A DNA stretch of 64,000 nt. Origin: Candidatus Bathyarchaeota archaeon. GTDB lineage: Archaea > Thermoproteota > Bathyarchaeia > Bathyarchaeales > Bathycorpusculaceae. Of the stretch, positions 30,850-40,523 are shown one piece after another. The first letter of the stretch is position 1. Every line of letters begins with the position of its first letter. The notes beneath the pieces were generated by a model. It searched no databases. It saw only the letters and a list, made by a program, of their open reading frames with translations, and was not told the DNA's origin. Both the position numbers and the translations under genes were made by a program. The stretch lies in contig CAVYHV010000029.1 of NCBI GenBank assembly GCA_963768425.1, forward strand, positions 34,013-98,012, given 5' to 3'.

Positions 30850-31827
30850 ATGGTCACGGTGCTTTTAGCTGACGATTCAGTGTACATGAGAAATTTGTTA
30901 AAGAGTCTTCTTTCTGAATCTGAGTACGAGGTTGTAGCTGAAGCTTCAAATGGAGATGAAGCTATCAGTCTCTATGAGAAAGTTAGACCTGATATTGTTT
31001 TGATGGATATAGTTATGGATTCTGGGCAAGTTGCGAGAAGTGGACTTGATGCTCTCGAAAAAATAGTTTCAATTGATTCTAAAGCTAAAGTGATAATATG
31101 CAGCGGCCTGGATCAGCAGTCACTGATTAATAAGTCAATGGAATTAGGTGCCAAAGCATTTGTCACTAAACCGATTGAACCTGAGAAACTATTTGAAACT
31201 TTAGCAACGTGTTCTGACTTGCGCATACTCAGTGAAATGGGGAATATTGGTGCAGGTCGGGCTGCAACGGTTCTGTCCAAGTTGGCCAAACAACCTATAC
31301 AAATTGAATTGCCTAAACTTGAAACTGGTGCACCGCACCTTATAACTAGGCTTTACGGTGCGCCGGATAGACTGGTTACTGCTGTTCATATGCGTCTTCA
31401 AACAAAACCTGATTGTGATGCTTTACTTGTTTTTGAGCCTACCGAAGCCATTAAAATCGCTGATATAATGACAGAAAAATTAAGTCATGCCCCTCCTGAA
31501 ATGGAAGAGTCGGCAGTGAAAGAAATGGGATCTAATATGATATGTGCTTTTTTCAGCGCGATTGCTGACTTCTCTGGTTTGACATTTGTTCCTTCTGAAC
31601 CATGTGTTGTGACTGATTCGTTTGAATCCATAATAGATGTTTTTCTTGCTAAACAAGCGATGACGGCCAAAGCAGCTTTGGTTTTTCAAACTCTATTCAA
31701 AAGAGAGCATAGTTCCATAAACGGATTCTTTCTTATAATTCCAAGTCCTGATTTTCAAAAACAACTTATTGAAGCGGGAAAGAGATGGCTCAACCCAGAT
31801 GACATCCCATTAATGCCACAACAATGA
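30850..31827 (+). CDS. CheY-CheC fusion protein
   Basis: REC domain (ADDS, DIVLMDIVM, KP) fused to CheC (EMGNIGAGRAATVLS; SAVKEMGSNM). Confidence 0.88.
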   Translation: MVTVLLADDSVYMRNLLKSLLSESEYEVVAEASNGDEAISLYEKVRPDIVLMDIVMDSGQVARSGLDALEKIVSIDSKAKVIICSGLDQQSLINKSMELGAKAFVTKPIEPEKLFETLATCSDLRILSEMGNIGAGRAATVLSKLAKQPIQIELPKLETGAPHLITRLYGAPDRLVTAVHMRLQTKPDCDALLVFEPTEAIKIADIMTEKLSHAPPEMEESAVKEMGSNMICAFFSAIADFSGLTFVPSEPCVVTDSFESIIDVFLAKQAMTAKAALVFQTLFKREHSSINGFFLIIPSPDFQKQLIEAGKRWLNPDDIPLMPQQ

Positions 31828-32224
31828 AAGAAAGAATAGCCTTTGGACCAATTTTGCAAGAATGTTAACAGCGTCTCGGTGAGATTGAAGCGAATGCCAA
31901 GTAATTCGGTTTTCACAAAAACCTCTTTGTTTTTCCTTCCTTTGTAACGGGTTAAAATCTAAGTTCGGAATAAGGCCTGATTCAAAAGATTTTTTGTGAT
32001 CTGTATTCAAGCAAAGCAGTGGAAAATAAGTTGCTTAGCAGCTTTGATTATTTTTTCTTTATCCACAAGCAACGATTTCAAAGGAGTCGTAACTGAATAT
32101 GATTGCTGATTATTGACGTTTAATGAATTAATGTGAATCAGTCACAATTCGGAATATTTCGTTAATGGAAGGTAACTTTATTGTTCTTTTAAGTCCTTAA
32201 TGTTAAGGAGAGGCGATTTGGGAA

Positions 32225-32569
32225 GTGGAACATAGTGAAGTAAAATCTGAGAACGCTCGAAACCTTATTCTCAGCTACAACAATACAGTGTACTATGTTA
32301 ATAGTGTCAACGTTCAAATCAAAGACGGGATCGACAAGCTCAAAGCTATTTTTCATGCCAAACGCGCAGGCGATGAAGCGCCTCAGGATTTAGACATTGA
32401 AATAAGCCAAAGCATCTATGACATACTATTGGAGTACGCGAGATTGGATAAGTTTGACTTAATCATGGTATTGCAAATAGAAGGGTCCAAAACACAATGG
32501 TGCATCATGAGTGAAGACTGGCTAAAGAACCAATCTGATAAAGGTGGAAGAGACGAATACATAGTTTGA
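32225..32569 (+). CDS. Hypothetical protein in che cluster
   Basis: 114-aa ORF with RBS-like sequence and upstream ATTCGGAAT. Confidence 0.6.
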   Translation: MEHSEVKSENARNLILSYNNTVYYVNSVNVQIKDGIDKLKAIFHAKRAGDEAPQDLDIEISQSIYDILLEYARLDKFDLIMVLQIEGSKTQWCIMSEDWLKNQSDKGGRDEYIV

Positions 32570-32608
32570 TTTTGTGATATCAGCATTTTACTGCTAGTCA
32601 AGATAAGA

Positions 32609-32647
32609 ATTCAGAATCCATACTGGCTTTTCATAAGCAGTTTATAA
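32609..32647 (+). promoter_or_regulatory. Bipartite upstream motif + TATA
   Basis: ATTCAGAAT-ccatactggctt-TTCATAA-gcag-TTTATAA. Confidence 0.6.
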
Positions 32648-32694
32648 CTCCTTTGCGATAGCAATAGCTAAACAAGCGTCCTAGGTGAAAATGA

Positions 32695-33207
32695 ATGGCA
32701 AATGTAAACAATCAATCAGGCTTGACAGAAGAAATCCAGATGCTAACATTCACACTTGATAACGTTTTATATGGCGTCAATGTACATCAGGTTCGTGAAG
32801 TAAAAAACTTTGAAGGAGTCACTCCTGTCCCATATGCCCCTGACTATGTTAAGGGAGTTACGAATCTGCGAGGCGAAGTAATCCCCGTAATAGATCTTCG
32901 GAAACGTTTTGGATTAATCGGGTCAAACGACGAAAACACAAACATCATGATCATAGTTCAAGATAAGCACCCTGTTGGTATAATGGTTGATTCAGTTATG
33001 GAGGTTCTTACCCTTCCAAAAAAGGACATCGAAGCGAACCCTGAAAGCTTAATTGTAGACAAATCCGAAGCGGTCTTGGGCGTAGCTAAGCACGACAAAG
33101 AACTCATTATCCTGCTAGATTTCTTGAAAGTGGCGTCAAAAAACTCGGGAGATATGAAAGATTCTAGAGGTTTTCAAATTCAAACACAGAACCAACCAAA
33201 ACCGTAA
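32695..33207 (+). CDS. cheW: CheW coupling protein
   Basis: TPVPYAPDYVKGVTNLRGEVIPVIDLRKRF, GIMVDSVMEV. Confidence 0.95.
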   Translation: MANVNNQSGLTEEIQMLTFTLDNVLYGVNVHQVREVKNFEGVTPVPYAPDYVKGVTNLRGEVIPVIDLRKRFGLIGSNDENTNIMIIVQDKHPVGIMVDSVMEVLTLPKKDIEANPESLIVDKSEAVLGVAKHDKELIILLDFLKVASKNSGDMKDSRGFQIQTQNQPKP

Positions 33208-33259
33208 AGCAGACATCATTTATCTCTTCGCTTTTTCATGCTTCTAATTTGTGGTTTTT

Positions 33260-34273
33260 ATGAGGCAAATCAAGCTACTTATTGTTGACGATTCTTTGTT
33301 TATGCAGAAGATTCTTTCAGATTTATTGCAATCAGACGAACAGATATTAGTTGTAGGAACAGCAAGGGATGGAGAAGAAGCCCTCTCGAAAATTGGTATT
33401 TTGCATCCTGATGTTGTGACAATGGACATAGAAATGCCGCGAATGGATGGGCTGACTGCTGTTCAAAGGATAATGGAGACTGATCCAGTTCCTGTTGTAA
33501 TAATTAGTGCTTTAACACAAAGTGAAGCCCGGCTTACTTTGAAGGCATTGGAATATGGCGCCATTGACTTCGTATCTAAACCATCAGGAAAAGTATCGCT
33601 TAACATGGAGGTAGTTAGAGATCAGATCATTTCAAAAATCAAGTATGCTGCTTTCGCCAATATTACAAGCACTAAGACCAAAGTCCATCAACCTTTGAGT
33701 GCGTCAAACAAAAGCTGCGACAGGATAATATCAATAGCTTCTTCAACAGGTGGTCCACCTGCACTCACTCAGATTTTAAAGTCACTTCCTGCGGACATAC
33801 CGCCTATCTTGATTGTTCAACATATGCCTAAAGGTATGACGAAGATCTTCGCAGAGGGGCTTAGTGAAAAATGCAAATTTGACGTAAAAGAAGCTGAAGA
33901 AGGAGACAAGATTCAGGAAAATTTAGCGTTGGTTGCTCCTGGAGGTTTTCATATGGTCGTAACTAAAGAGAAAAGAATTGGTTTAACAGTAGGCCCTCCT
34001 GTTAATTATGTGCGTCCTTCTGCTGATGTTACCATGATTTCTATGGCCGAAAGATATGGATTTAAAAATATAGGCGTTGTTTTGACTGGCATAGGTATAG
34101 ATGGAGCTAAGGGAATTAAATCCATCAAAGAAAAGGGTGGATTTACTATAGCTCAAGATGAAGAGACGAGCGTTGTTTTTGGTATGCCTAAAGCTGCCGC
34201 TCAAACGGGCTGCGTTGATTTAGTTGCTCCTTTGGGGTTGATTCCGAAGGAGATACTGAAAGCATGCAACTAA
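33260..34273 (+). CDS. cheB: CheB methylesterase (REC + catalytic)
   Basis: DIEMPRMDG; ASSTGGP, IVQHMP, LTGIGIDGA. Confidence 0.95.
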   Translation: MRQIKLLIVDDSLFMQKILSDLLQSDEQILVVGTARDGEEALSKIGILHPDVVTMDIEMPRMDGLTAVQRIMETDPVPVVIISALTQSEARLTLKALEYGAIDFVSKPSGKVSLNMEVVRDQIISKIKYAAFANITSTKTKVHQPLSASNKSCDRIISIASSTGGPPALTQILKSLPADIPPILIVQHMPKGMTKIFAEGLSEKCKFDVKEAEEGDKIQENLALVAPGGFHMVVTKEKRIGLTVGPPVNYVRPSADVTMISMAERYGFKNIGVVLTGIGIDGAKGIKSIKEKGGFTIAQDEETSVVFGMPKAAAQTGCVDLVAPLGLIPKEILKACN

Positions 34274-34284
34274 TTTCCTTATTG

Positions 34285-34323
34285 ATTTAGAATAATTACG
34301 ATTGCTTCATAATTTACTTATAA
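34285..34323 (+). promoter_or_regulatory. Bipartite upstream motif + TATA
   Basis: ATTTAGAAT-aattacgattgc-TTCATAA-ttta-CTTATAA. Confidence 0.55.
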
Positions 34324-34357
34324 CTAAAAATGCACAACAAGGTGTAAATTAACTTTA

Positions 34358-35866
34358 ATGGAAAGTATCAAAATGACCGATGAAACCCGTGAAAAACGTA
34401 ATCCAGATTTGGAAAAACAGTTAGAGAAACTTGAAAGAGAAAACAAACGCTTGCAAGGGGAGAACAAAGACCTGAGAAAAGAAATTATTGAGATACTTCA
34501 AGATGCCATAGCAGGTGCCGAAAAAATTAGTGCAAGTACAGATGAAACGATTCAAAATGCTGCCAAAGCTGCAGATCTTGCGTATCAAGCAGAGCAATCA
34601 GCCAGAAAAGTTGCCGAGTTGTCATTGGGCGCAAGTGATATCGTTAGTAAAGTGAGTGCTAACGCAAAGAGCGTTGGAGAAGTCGCTAATAAAGTAGCTG
34701 CAAACGCGGAAGGTGCTACCAAATCAACTTCAAAAGTAGTTGAGATGGGGAAACAAGCAGCAAACGTTTCAAACCAAATGGCAATCGGTATGCAACAAGT
34801 AAGTAGTGCTTCTCAGCAGGTTTCCACGGGTGCACAAAAACTAGCTGATTTATCGCAAAACGCTGCCAGAAGCACTGAAGCATTGAAGAAAGTTATGGAT
34901 GACGCAGGAATGATTGCAAAGGAAGCTTCAGCCGTTACTGAGGATGCTTTGAAGAAGTCAAGAGACGCTAATGATCAAGGTCAGAAAGGACTTGTAGCGA
35001 TAGAGAATATTAAAAATAATATTACCCGCGTTTCAGATGCTGTCACATCGATGGTTAATTCCGTCGAACAAGTTGGCCAAATGGCTAGTTCCGTTTCTGA
35101 TATTGCTAGTCAAACAAACATGTTAGCATTAAATGCTGCAATTGAAGCCGCTAGAGCGGGTGAAGCAGGAAGAGGTTTCGCTGTAGTTGCTGACGCAGTG
35201 AAAGGCTTAGCCGGGCAATCAAAAGTGGCGGCTGGATCTGCTATCAATCTAGTAAAAGGAATTAAAGAAGCAGGCATTCAGACGAGCAATATCACACAGC
35301 AGTCGCAAGTAGGCGCAACTGAAGGTGCAAACGTAGTTTCAGGGGCCATAAAAGAATCTGAAGGCATAGCGAAAATAATGGGCGAAATGACAAGTAAAGT
35401 CAACAATCTAGCAAACGGTGTTGATCGAGGACTTGATGCAATAGCTACGGTTGTCAAAACAATTGAAGAAGTTGCAAGCATCGCGGAAGAAAGTTCATCT
35501 GCGTCCGAAGAAGCCTCTTCAGCAATTGAAGAGCAAACAGCTGCTTCAGAGGAAATGGCTGCAATAGCTAAAGATGTTTCTAGCACTGCGGAGCAAGTTG
35601 CAAAGATAACTGAAAACGTCGTTGGCGAGGCTAAAGAAATGGCCGAACTCGCTTTGAGTGTGGTAGATGACGCTGCAAAAGTTGAGAGCTCAGCCAAAGA
35701 AATATTGTCCGAAGTTGAAATTGTAGGAAGGAATTCAAATACCGTGGTAACAGAAGCAACAAGGATGGCAGAAATAACAGAAAAAATTAAAAATGATCTT
35801 CAAGAACTTATAGAACACCGCACAAAGGTACTCAACACTTACCTTGAAAAAGATGCAAGCAACTAA
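34358..35866 (+). CDS. Soluble methyl-accepting chemotaxis protein, no TM or sensor domain
   Basis: [30 protein letters not shown] hairpin tip; all-heptad flanks. Confidence 0.92.
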   Translation: MESIKMTDETREKRNPDLEKQLEKLERENKRLQGENKDLRKEIIEILQDAIAGAEKISASTDETIQNAAKAADLAYQAEQSARKVAELSLGASDIVSKVSANAKSVGEVANKVAANAEGATKSTSKVVEMGKQAANVSNQMAIGMQQVSSASQQVSTGAQKLADLSQNAARSTEALKKVMDDAGMIAKEASAVTEDALKKSRDANDQGQKGLVAIENIKNNITRVSDAVTSMVNSVEQVGQMASSVSDIASQTNMLALNAAIEAARAGEAGRGFAVVADAVKGLAGQSKVAAGSAINLVKGIKEAGIQTSNITQQSQVGATEGANVVSGAIKESEGIAKIMGEMTSKVNNLANGVDRGLDAIATVVKTIEEVASIAEESSSASEEASSAIEEQTAASEEMAAIAKDVSSTAEQVAKITENVVGEAKEMAELALSVVDDAAKVESSAKEILSEVEIVGRNSNTVVTEATRMAEITEKIKNDLQELIEHRTKVLNTYLEKDASN

Positions 35867-36005
35867 TTTCTTTTCTTTTTTCAAATAAGGCTTTGAACAA
35901 TTTTGATAATGAAGTTTTGAAACTCTGGGCGCCAAAATTTTGTGTATAAACTTTGAGACATACAAGCACTTTTCTGTTTTAAGAGCTATCATCATTTGAC
36001 CTGAA

Positions 36006-36533
36006 ATGACTCAAGAAACAGTAAAGCAAGAGCCTGCACAAATCTCCTCTTCACCCGAACTCAAACAAGTTGAAAAGAAAAAACAAGTTTCAGTCCAGGA
36101 ACTTGTTGAGTCTTTGAAAAGCACGGCAGATGACATAGGTCAAATTAGCGAACTTAGCTCAGAAGAAAAGATATTGGTTACCCAATTTTTCTCCTCCCTT
36201 CTTAAACTGATGACGCCTATTGCCCCTTCAATTGAAGTGAGCCAATTGTCACTTCCTGCTCAACTTGGTGACGTGGTTCAAGCGCACATTGCACCAACAG
36301 GGCATTTGATGTTACAGTTTGAAGATGGTCATGTTGAACTCAAAGATTTAAGCGAAGCAAAGAACCGGGATCTCATGACGGTTGTTGTTGGTGATATTGT
36401 GCCAAAATTCAAGAGTTTAACAAGCGCTCAGAAACGGAAGCTAGAGAACCGGATTAAAATGCTTTCGAGTGTAACGAAGGAAATTCAGAAGAGTTCTGAT
36501 TCTCTTTCAGCAGCCCTGCCGGATGGTCAATAA
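36006..36533 (+). CDS. Hypothetical protein
   Basis: 175-aa ORF, helical termini around a small beta region. Confidence 0.65.
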   Translation: MTQETVKQEPAQISSSPELKQVEKKKQVSVQELVESLKSTADDIGQISELSSEEKILVTQFFSSLLKLMTPIAPSIEVSQLSLPAQLGDVVQAHIAPTGHLMLQFEDGHVELKDLSEAKNRDLMTVVVGDIVPKFKSLTSAQKRKLENRIKMLSSVTKEIQKSSDSLSAALPDGQ

Positions 36534-36757
36534 TTTTTTCTTTAGGCGTTAAACAAATACCCATTTAATTTGGATCATTGGACAGTGGAAGATAAGTCTA
36601 AGTTACGCAATATTTGACTTTGGCGTCTTTCTGGTTATATTACAAGATTTTGAACGTTATTTTGTGTTAAATCAATTTAGAATGATTAGTTTTTTTAAAA
36701 AGCGTAACGCTATTTGTTTACTGCTTAAACTATCTCGAAAAAAATACATTTATTAAT

Positions 36758-37084
36758 TTAGAAATAGCCAATCATTTTCATCGCAATAACAGCTATTGAA
36801 ATTGCTGCGACAAGAAATATTAGTTTTTTTGATTTAAACAATGAGTTTGATGTTGCTTCTCCTTCTTGGAATTCGTATTCTTTTATTTCTTTTGTGTTAG
36901 AATTTATCTGCACTTTCGCGGTTAACCTTTGATACATCATTTCAACCACGTATAATTCCCCATCAAGTGAAACCTTCATCGGCAACCAGCTTCCTTTGTA
37001 CCCTAACCGTTTCAAGAAGTCAACTGTCATAGCCGTTGCATTTTCGGCATCAAATCTTGAAACTTCTGTTGTGACTGCAGACAT
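36758..37084 (-). CDS. Small C-terminally anchored protein, PepSY-like pattern
   Basis: Helix, Y.VE..., KVQINSNTKEI, then TM helix. Confidence 0.55.
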   Translation of the reverse strand: MSAVTTEVSRFDAENATAMTVDFLKRLGYKGSWLPMKVSLDGELYVVEMMYQRLTAKVQINSNTKEIKEYEFQEGEATSNSLFKSKKLIFLVAAISIAVIAMKMIGYF

Positions 37085-37204
37085 GAACCTTCGAAGAGGA
37101 ATTGGTTCTGGAAGGTATTAGGATTTATGAATCGTGAAACCATATTTCCGATAAACGTGAAGTAGCAAGTAAGAAAATGCGTTAAGGATGCAGAAAAAAA
37201 TAGT

Positions 37205-37456
37205 TTACGGCGTCGGTATCCCTGGGTTCAGCTGCTGAGTTTGATTAAATAATTGAGTAGTTTGATCCGAGAGTTGACGTGTAAGATTCTCCATTTGGCC
37301 GTAATACGGATTAGTTGCATTATTGGCTGTCTGTTGTGCTATGGTTACACTGTAATTGATAACGATGCAACAAAGCACGACAGCTGCAGTTACCAACATT
37401 AAAGTCGCTACTGAAGTTTGCAATGATTCCTTCTCCCAAACAAACCACTGCCGCAA
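37205..37456 (-). CDS. Small pilin-like protein (possible 5' indel, ATG near 37487)
   Basis: EKES|LQTSVATLMLVTAAVVLCCIVINYSV parallels the major-pilin N-terminus. Confidence 0.5.
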   Translation of the reverse strand: MRQWFVWEKESLQTSVATLMLVTAAVVLCCIVINYSVTIAQQTANNATNPYYGQMENLTRQLSDQTTQLFNQTQQLNPGIPTP

Positions 37457-37678
37457 AAAGTTAAATAGCTTATTCCATTTTTCGCATTATATCCAATCTT
37501 GAGTATGTATTAAGAGAGGAGAAAGCAGACTTGATTGACGGTTATGCGCAAAGGTAACCTGCGCTTGCGGAAAAACGTATGCGAACAATTTTTTAAATTA
37601 GATTTCCATGTTTTGCTGTAAGAATAAAGGTGACTTATCAAAAGAATAATAAAGGTTATCAGCCGAGCTAGCAACGTC

Positions 37679-38978
37679 TTGAAGGAGGAAAAATCACCGT
37701 TGAAGCTAATTTACGTAGCAATAGATGGAATGGGCGATTTACCAAACAAAACTTTAGACAACAAAACACCGCTAGAAGCGGCTGAGACCCCCAATATGGA
37801 CGCTCTTGCCGCCGGTGGCAAAACAGGTTTGATGTACACGGTGAAGAAAGGAGTTGCGCCTGAGAGTGATGTGGCTGTTATTTCGCTCTTAGGATATGAC
37901 CCGTTCAAGTGCAGCACAGGGCGAGGCGTCATTGAAGTAGCTGGAGCCGGCCTAAAAATGAAGGACGGCGATTTGGCGTTGAGATGCAACTTTGCGACAT
38001 TGGGGCAGGGAAAAACCATACTTGACCGTCGGGTTGCAAGAAGCCTAAGCACTGAAGAAGCCACCGAACTGAGTAAAGCAGCCAACGAGCAGGTCAAACT
38101 TGACTCTTACCCTGCGTCCTTCGAATTCAAGAACACGTTGGGTCACAGGGCAGTTCTGCTGATAAAAAGCAATGCGAAGCCTCTTTCAAGTCACATAACA
38201 AACAGCGACCCAGCCTACAAAATCGTGAACGGCATCGGAGTAGCTGAGACCAACGTTGACATGGTTCTTAAAACCTGCGAACCCACAGACAAAACGGAAT
38301 CTGCTAAGGTTTCTGCGGCACTCGTTAACGAGTTTATCGACAAAACCCACAAGCTATGGGACAAACATCCCCTAAACGTGAAACGAGCGGCTGAGGGCAA
38401 GCTAAAGGCAAACGTCGTGCTGACGCGGGACGCAGGGCATTTGCTTCCCAAATTCTTCAACATAGACGAGCACTATCACGTTGACTTCGCAGCATTAGCC
38501 GACATGCAGGCGGAGAGGGGCATTGCGCAGTTGGCTGGTATGGATTCCATGCTTCTTCCACCCCCCTCTGGAAACCTTCAGAAGGACTGCGAACTAAGAG
38601 TCAAAACATTGCTGGACATGCTGCCAAAGCATGACTGCTTCTACATTCACCTGAAAGGTCCAGACGAGCCGGGGCATGACGGCAACTGCATATTGAAAAC
38701 CCAGATTATTGCAGCCATTGACAAGTACTTCTTCGGTCCATTGCTAAAGCAGATTTCTTTAATAGACAACCTTATCTGCATAACCGCCGACCACGCAACG
38801 CCGTGCGCTCTTAAAGTGCACAGTGACACGCCAGTTCCCGTTTTGATTTCAGGCAGCAAAGCTAGGCGACGGTAAAACATTGAAGTTCTCAGAGAGGACA
38901 TGTGCAAAAGGAAGCTTGGGCACACTTGACCGCGGTACCGAATTGATGCCGAAACTGATGGAACTGATCAAGCAATAA
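37679..38978 (+). CDS. apgM: 2,3-BPG-independent phosphoglycerate mutase (+1 indel at ~38860)
   Basis: IDGMGD, TPLEAA.TPNMD, PESD, HLKGPDEPGHDG, TADHATP; tail FSERTCAKGSLG in next frame. Confidence 0.9.
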
Positions 38979-39224
38979 CTGAAAACCGTTTTTCGGCAAT
39001 CTCTCCTTTGATTGGTATTTGCTTAGAGGAAAAGCTGCTCATTTTATTGCCTAGTCGATTTTGGGTTTTCTCCTTTGCGCAATGCTTTTTGTCAAGTTGC
39101 TTTAAACAGGTTCTTGCCTTAGCCGTCCATAAGTCCAGGAACAGCAAAGTACACATGGATAAAATCAACAACCATGTGCCTTTAATAAAAAGCATTATCT
39201 AAGGTAGGTGAATAGGGAATAATT

Positions 39225-39563
39225 ATGGCTTACACTCGTGATGGAAAAGAAACTTTTGAAGTCTCCTACCCTATTGACGCTATTTGGCAAGCAATCCCCA
39301 AAGCAATCGCTAAGCTGGAGTGGAAAGTGGAGTCGGCCGACTTGGCTACTCATCACGTCAAAATTAAAACCAAAGGTGCCTTCTTATCCTACGGATCAGA
39401 AATGGAAATTAGTTTGACAGCCGTAGATGAAAAAACCACAAAAATGTCCATTACTGCAGAGACTCCTGTGACAACGATAACAGCCATGGCTGACTACGGC
39501 AGAACAAATGAACGCATCAACGTGTTCATCGCAACCATAGGAAAAATAATGGAAAGCAGCTAA
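39225..39563 (+). CDS. Hypothetical protein
   Basis: 112-aa alpha/beta ORF with RBS. Confidence 0.65.
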   Translation: MAYTRDGKETFEVSYPIDAIWQAIPKAIAKLEWKVESADLATHHVKIKTKGAFLSYGSEMEISLTAVDEKTTKMSITAETPVTTITAMADYGRTNERINVFIATIGKIMESS

Positions 39564-39571
39564 CGCTCTTT

Positions 39572-40523
39572 CTACTCCAATATTTGTGAACGTTTGAATG
39601 CAATCCAAGCTACGACCAGCAAGCCTGCGATGTATGCTGCCGCTACCGCCGCTGCCCTAAGCGCAATCAGCGACGTTGGCTCCGTGTACACGAGTCCTGC
39701 GGTTGGTATCGATCGTTCGCCTACTCTTACCGCAGTGATGTTTAGCTTGTAATATGTGACGTTTGCTGAAGGATAGATTCCATAGTTGACTATGTTGGGG
39801 CCTATGTTATCTGTGCCAGAACTCACGGTGATGTTGGTTCCTCAGTATGTTGCCACTGGCACCCGTTCCAGGGAAATAGTTAAGCGCTGGGGATGGACCA
39901 GCGAACTCGTTTATTATTGGCGCGGAAAAGAAGAAGGCTAAAAACAAAATTATGACTGCTATGACCGTTACAATTGTGTTTTTGGAGATTGTTCCCACGG
40001 CAAAAAGCAAGGCTACCCAAATGAAGGTGCTGATTAAGCTTCCGAGCACAATGACGGGCATGTACTGGAGGCTGTTTTGTGGACCATAAATGATGAGTGA
40101 AGCAGCTGTTGTGTAACCGTACAAGATAATGTATGAAATGAGCAAAACTATGAAGGTTCCGAAGAGCTTGCCTAAGAAGATCATTGTTCGTGAAACGGGT
40201 TTAGTCACAAGTGGCACGATGCTTCCGGTTTCGAATTCACTTGAGAAGGTATTTACTGCTGTTCCAATTGCGAAGAGCAAATAGACAAATCCTGATCCAC
40301 CGAATGTTATCGCATAAGTTGGGTTAGCAGTTATCTTTTCGCCTTGTGAAACGCTGAGCGCGAGAGGTAACACAAGAATTATCGTAGAAATGATAAATAC
40401 GAGCGATAGGATAAGAATGAATTTTTTCTTTCGAATGTTCCAAAGCATCTCGTAACGTACTATTGCCCAAAATCTTGCGAACCAGCTTGGTCGATTGTTC
40501 CTTGGATTCTGCGAAATCGTCAT
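39572..40523 (-). CDS. ABC-2 type permease (indel at ~39835)
   Basis: SSEFETGSIVPLVTKPVSR..IFLGK; final TM in second frame (39572-39826). Confidence 0.85.
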
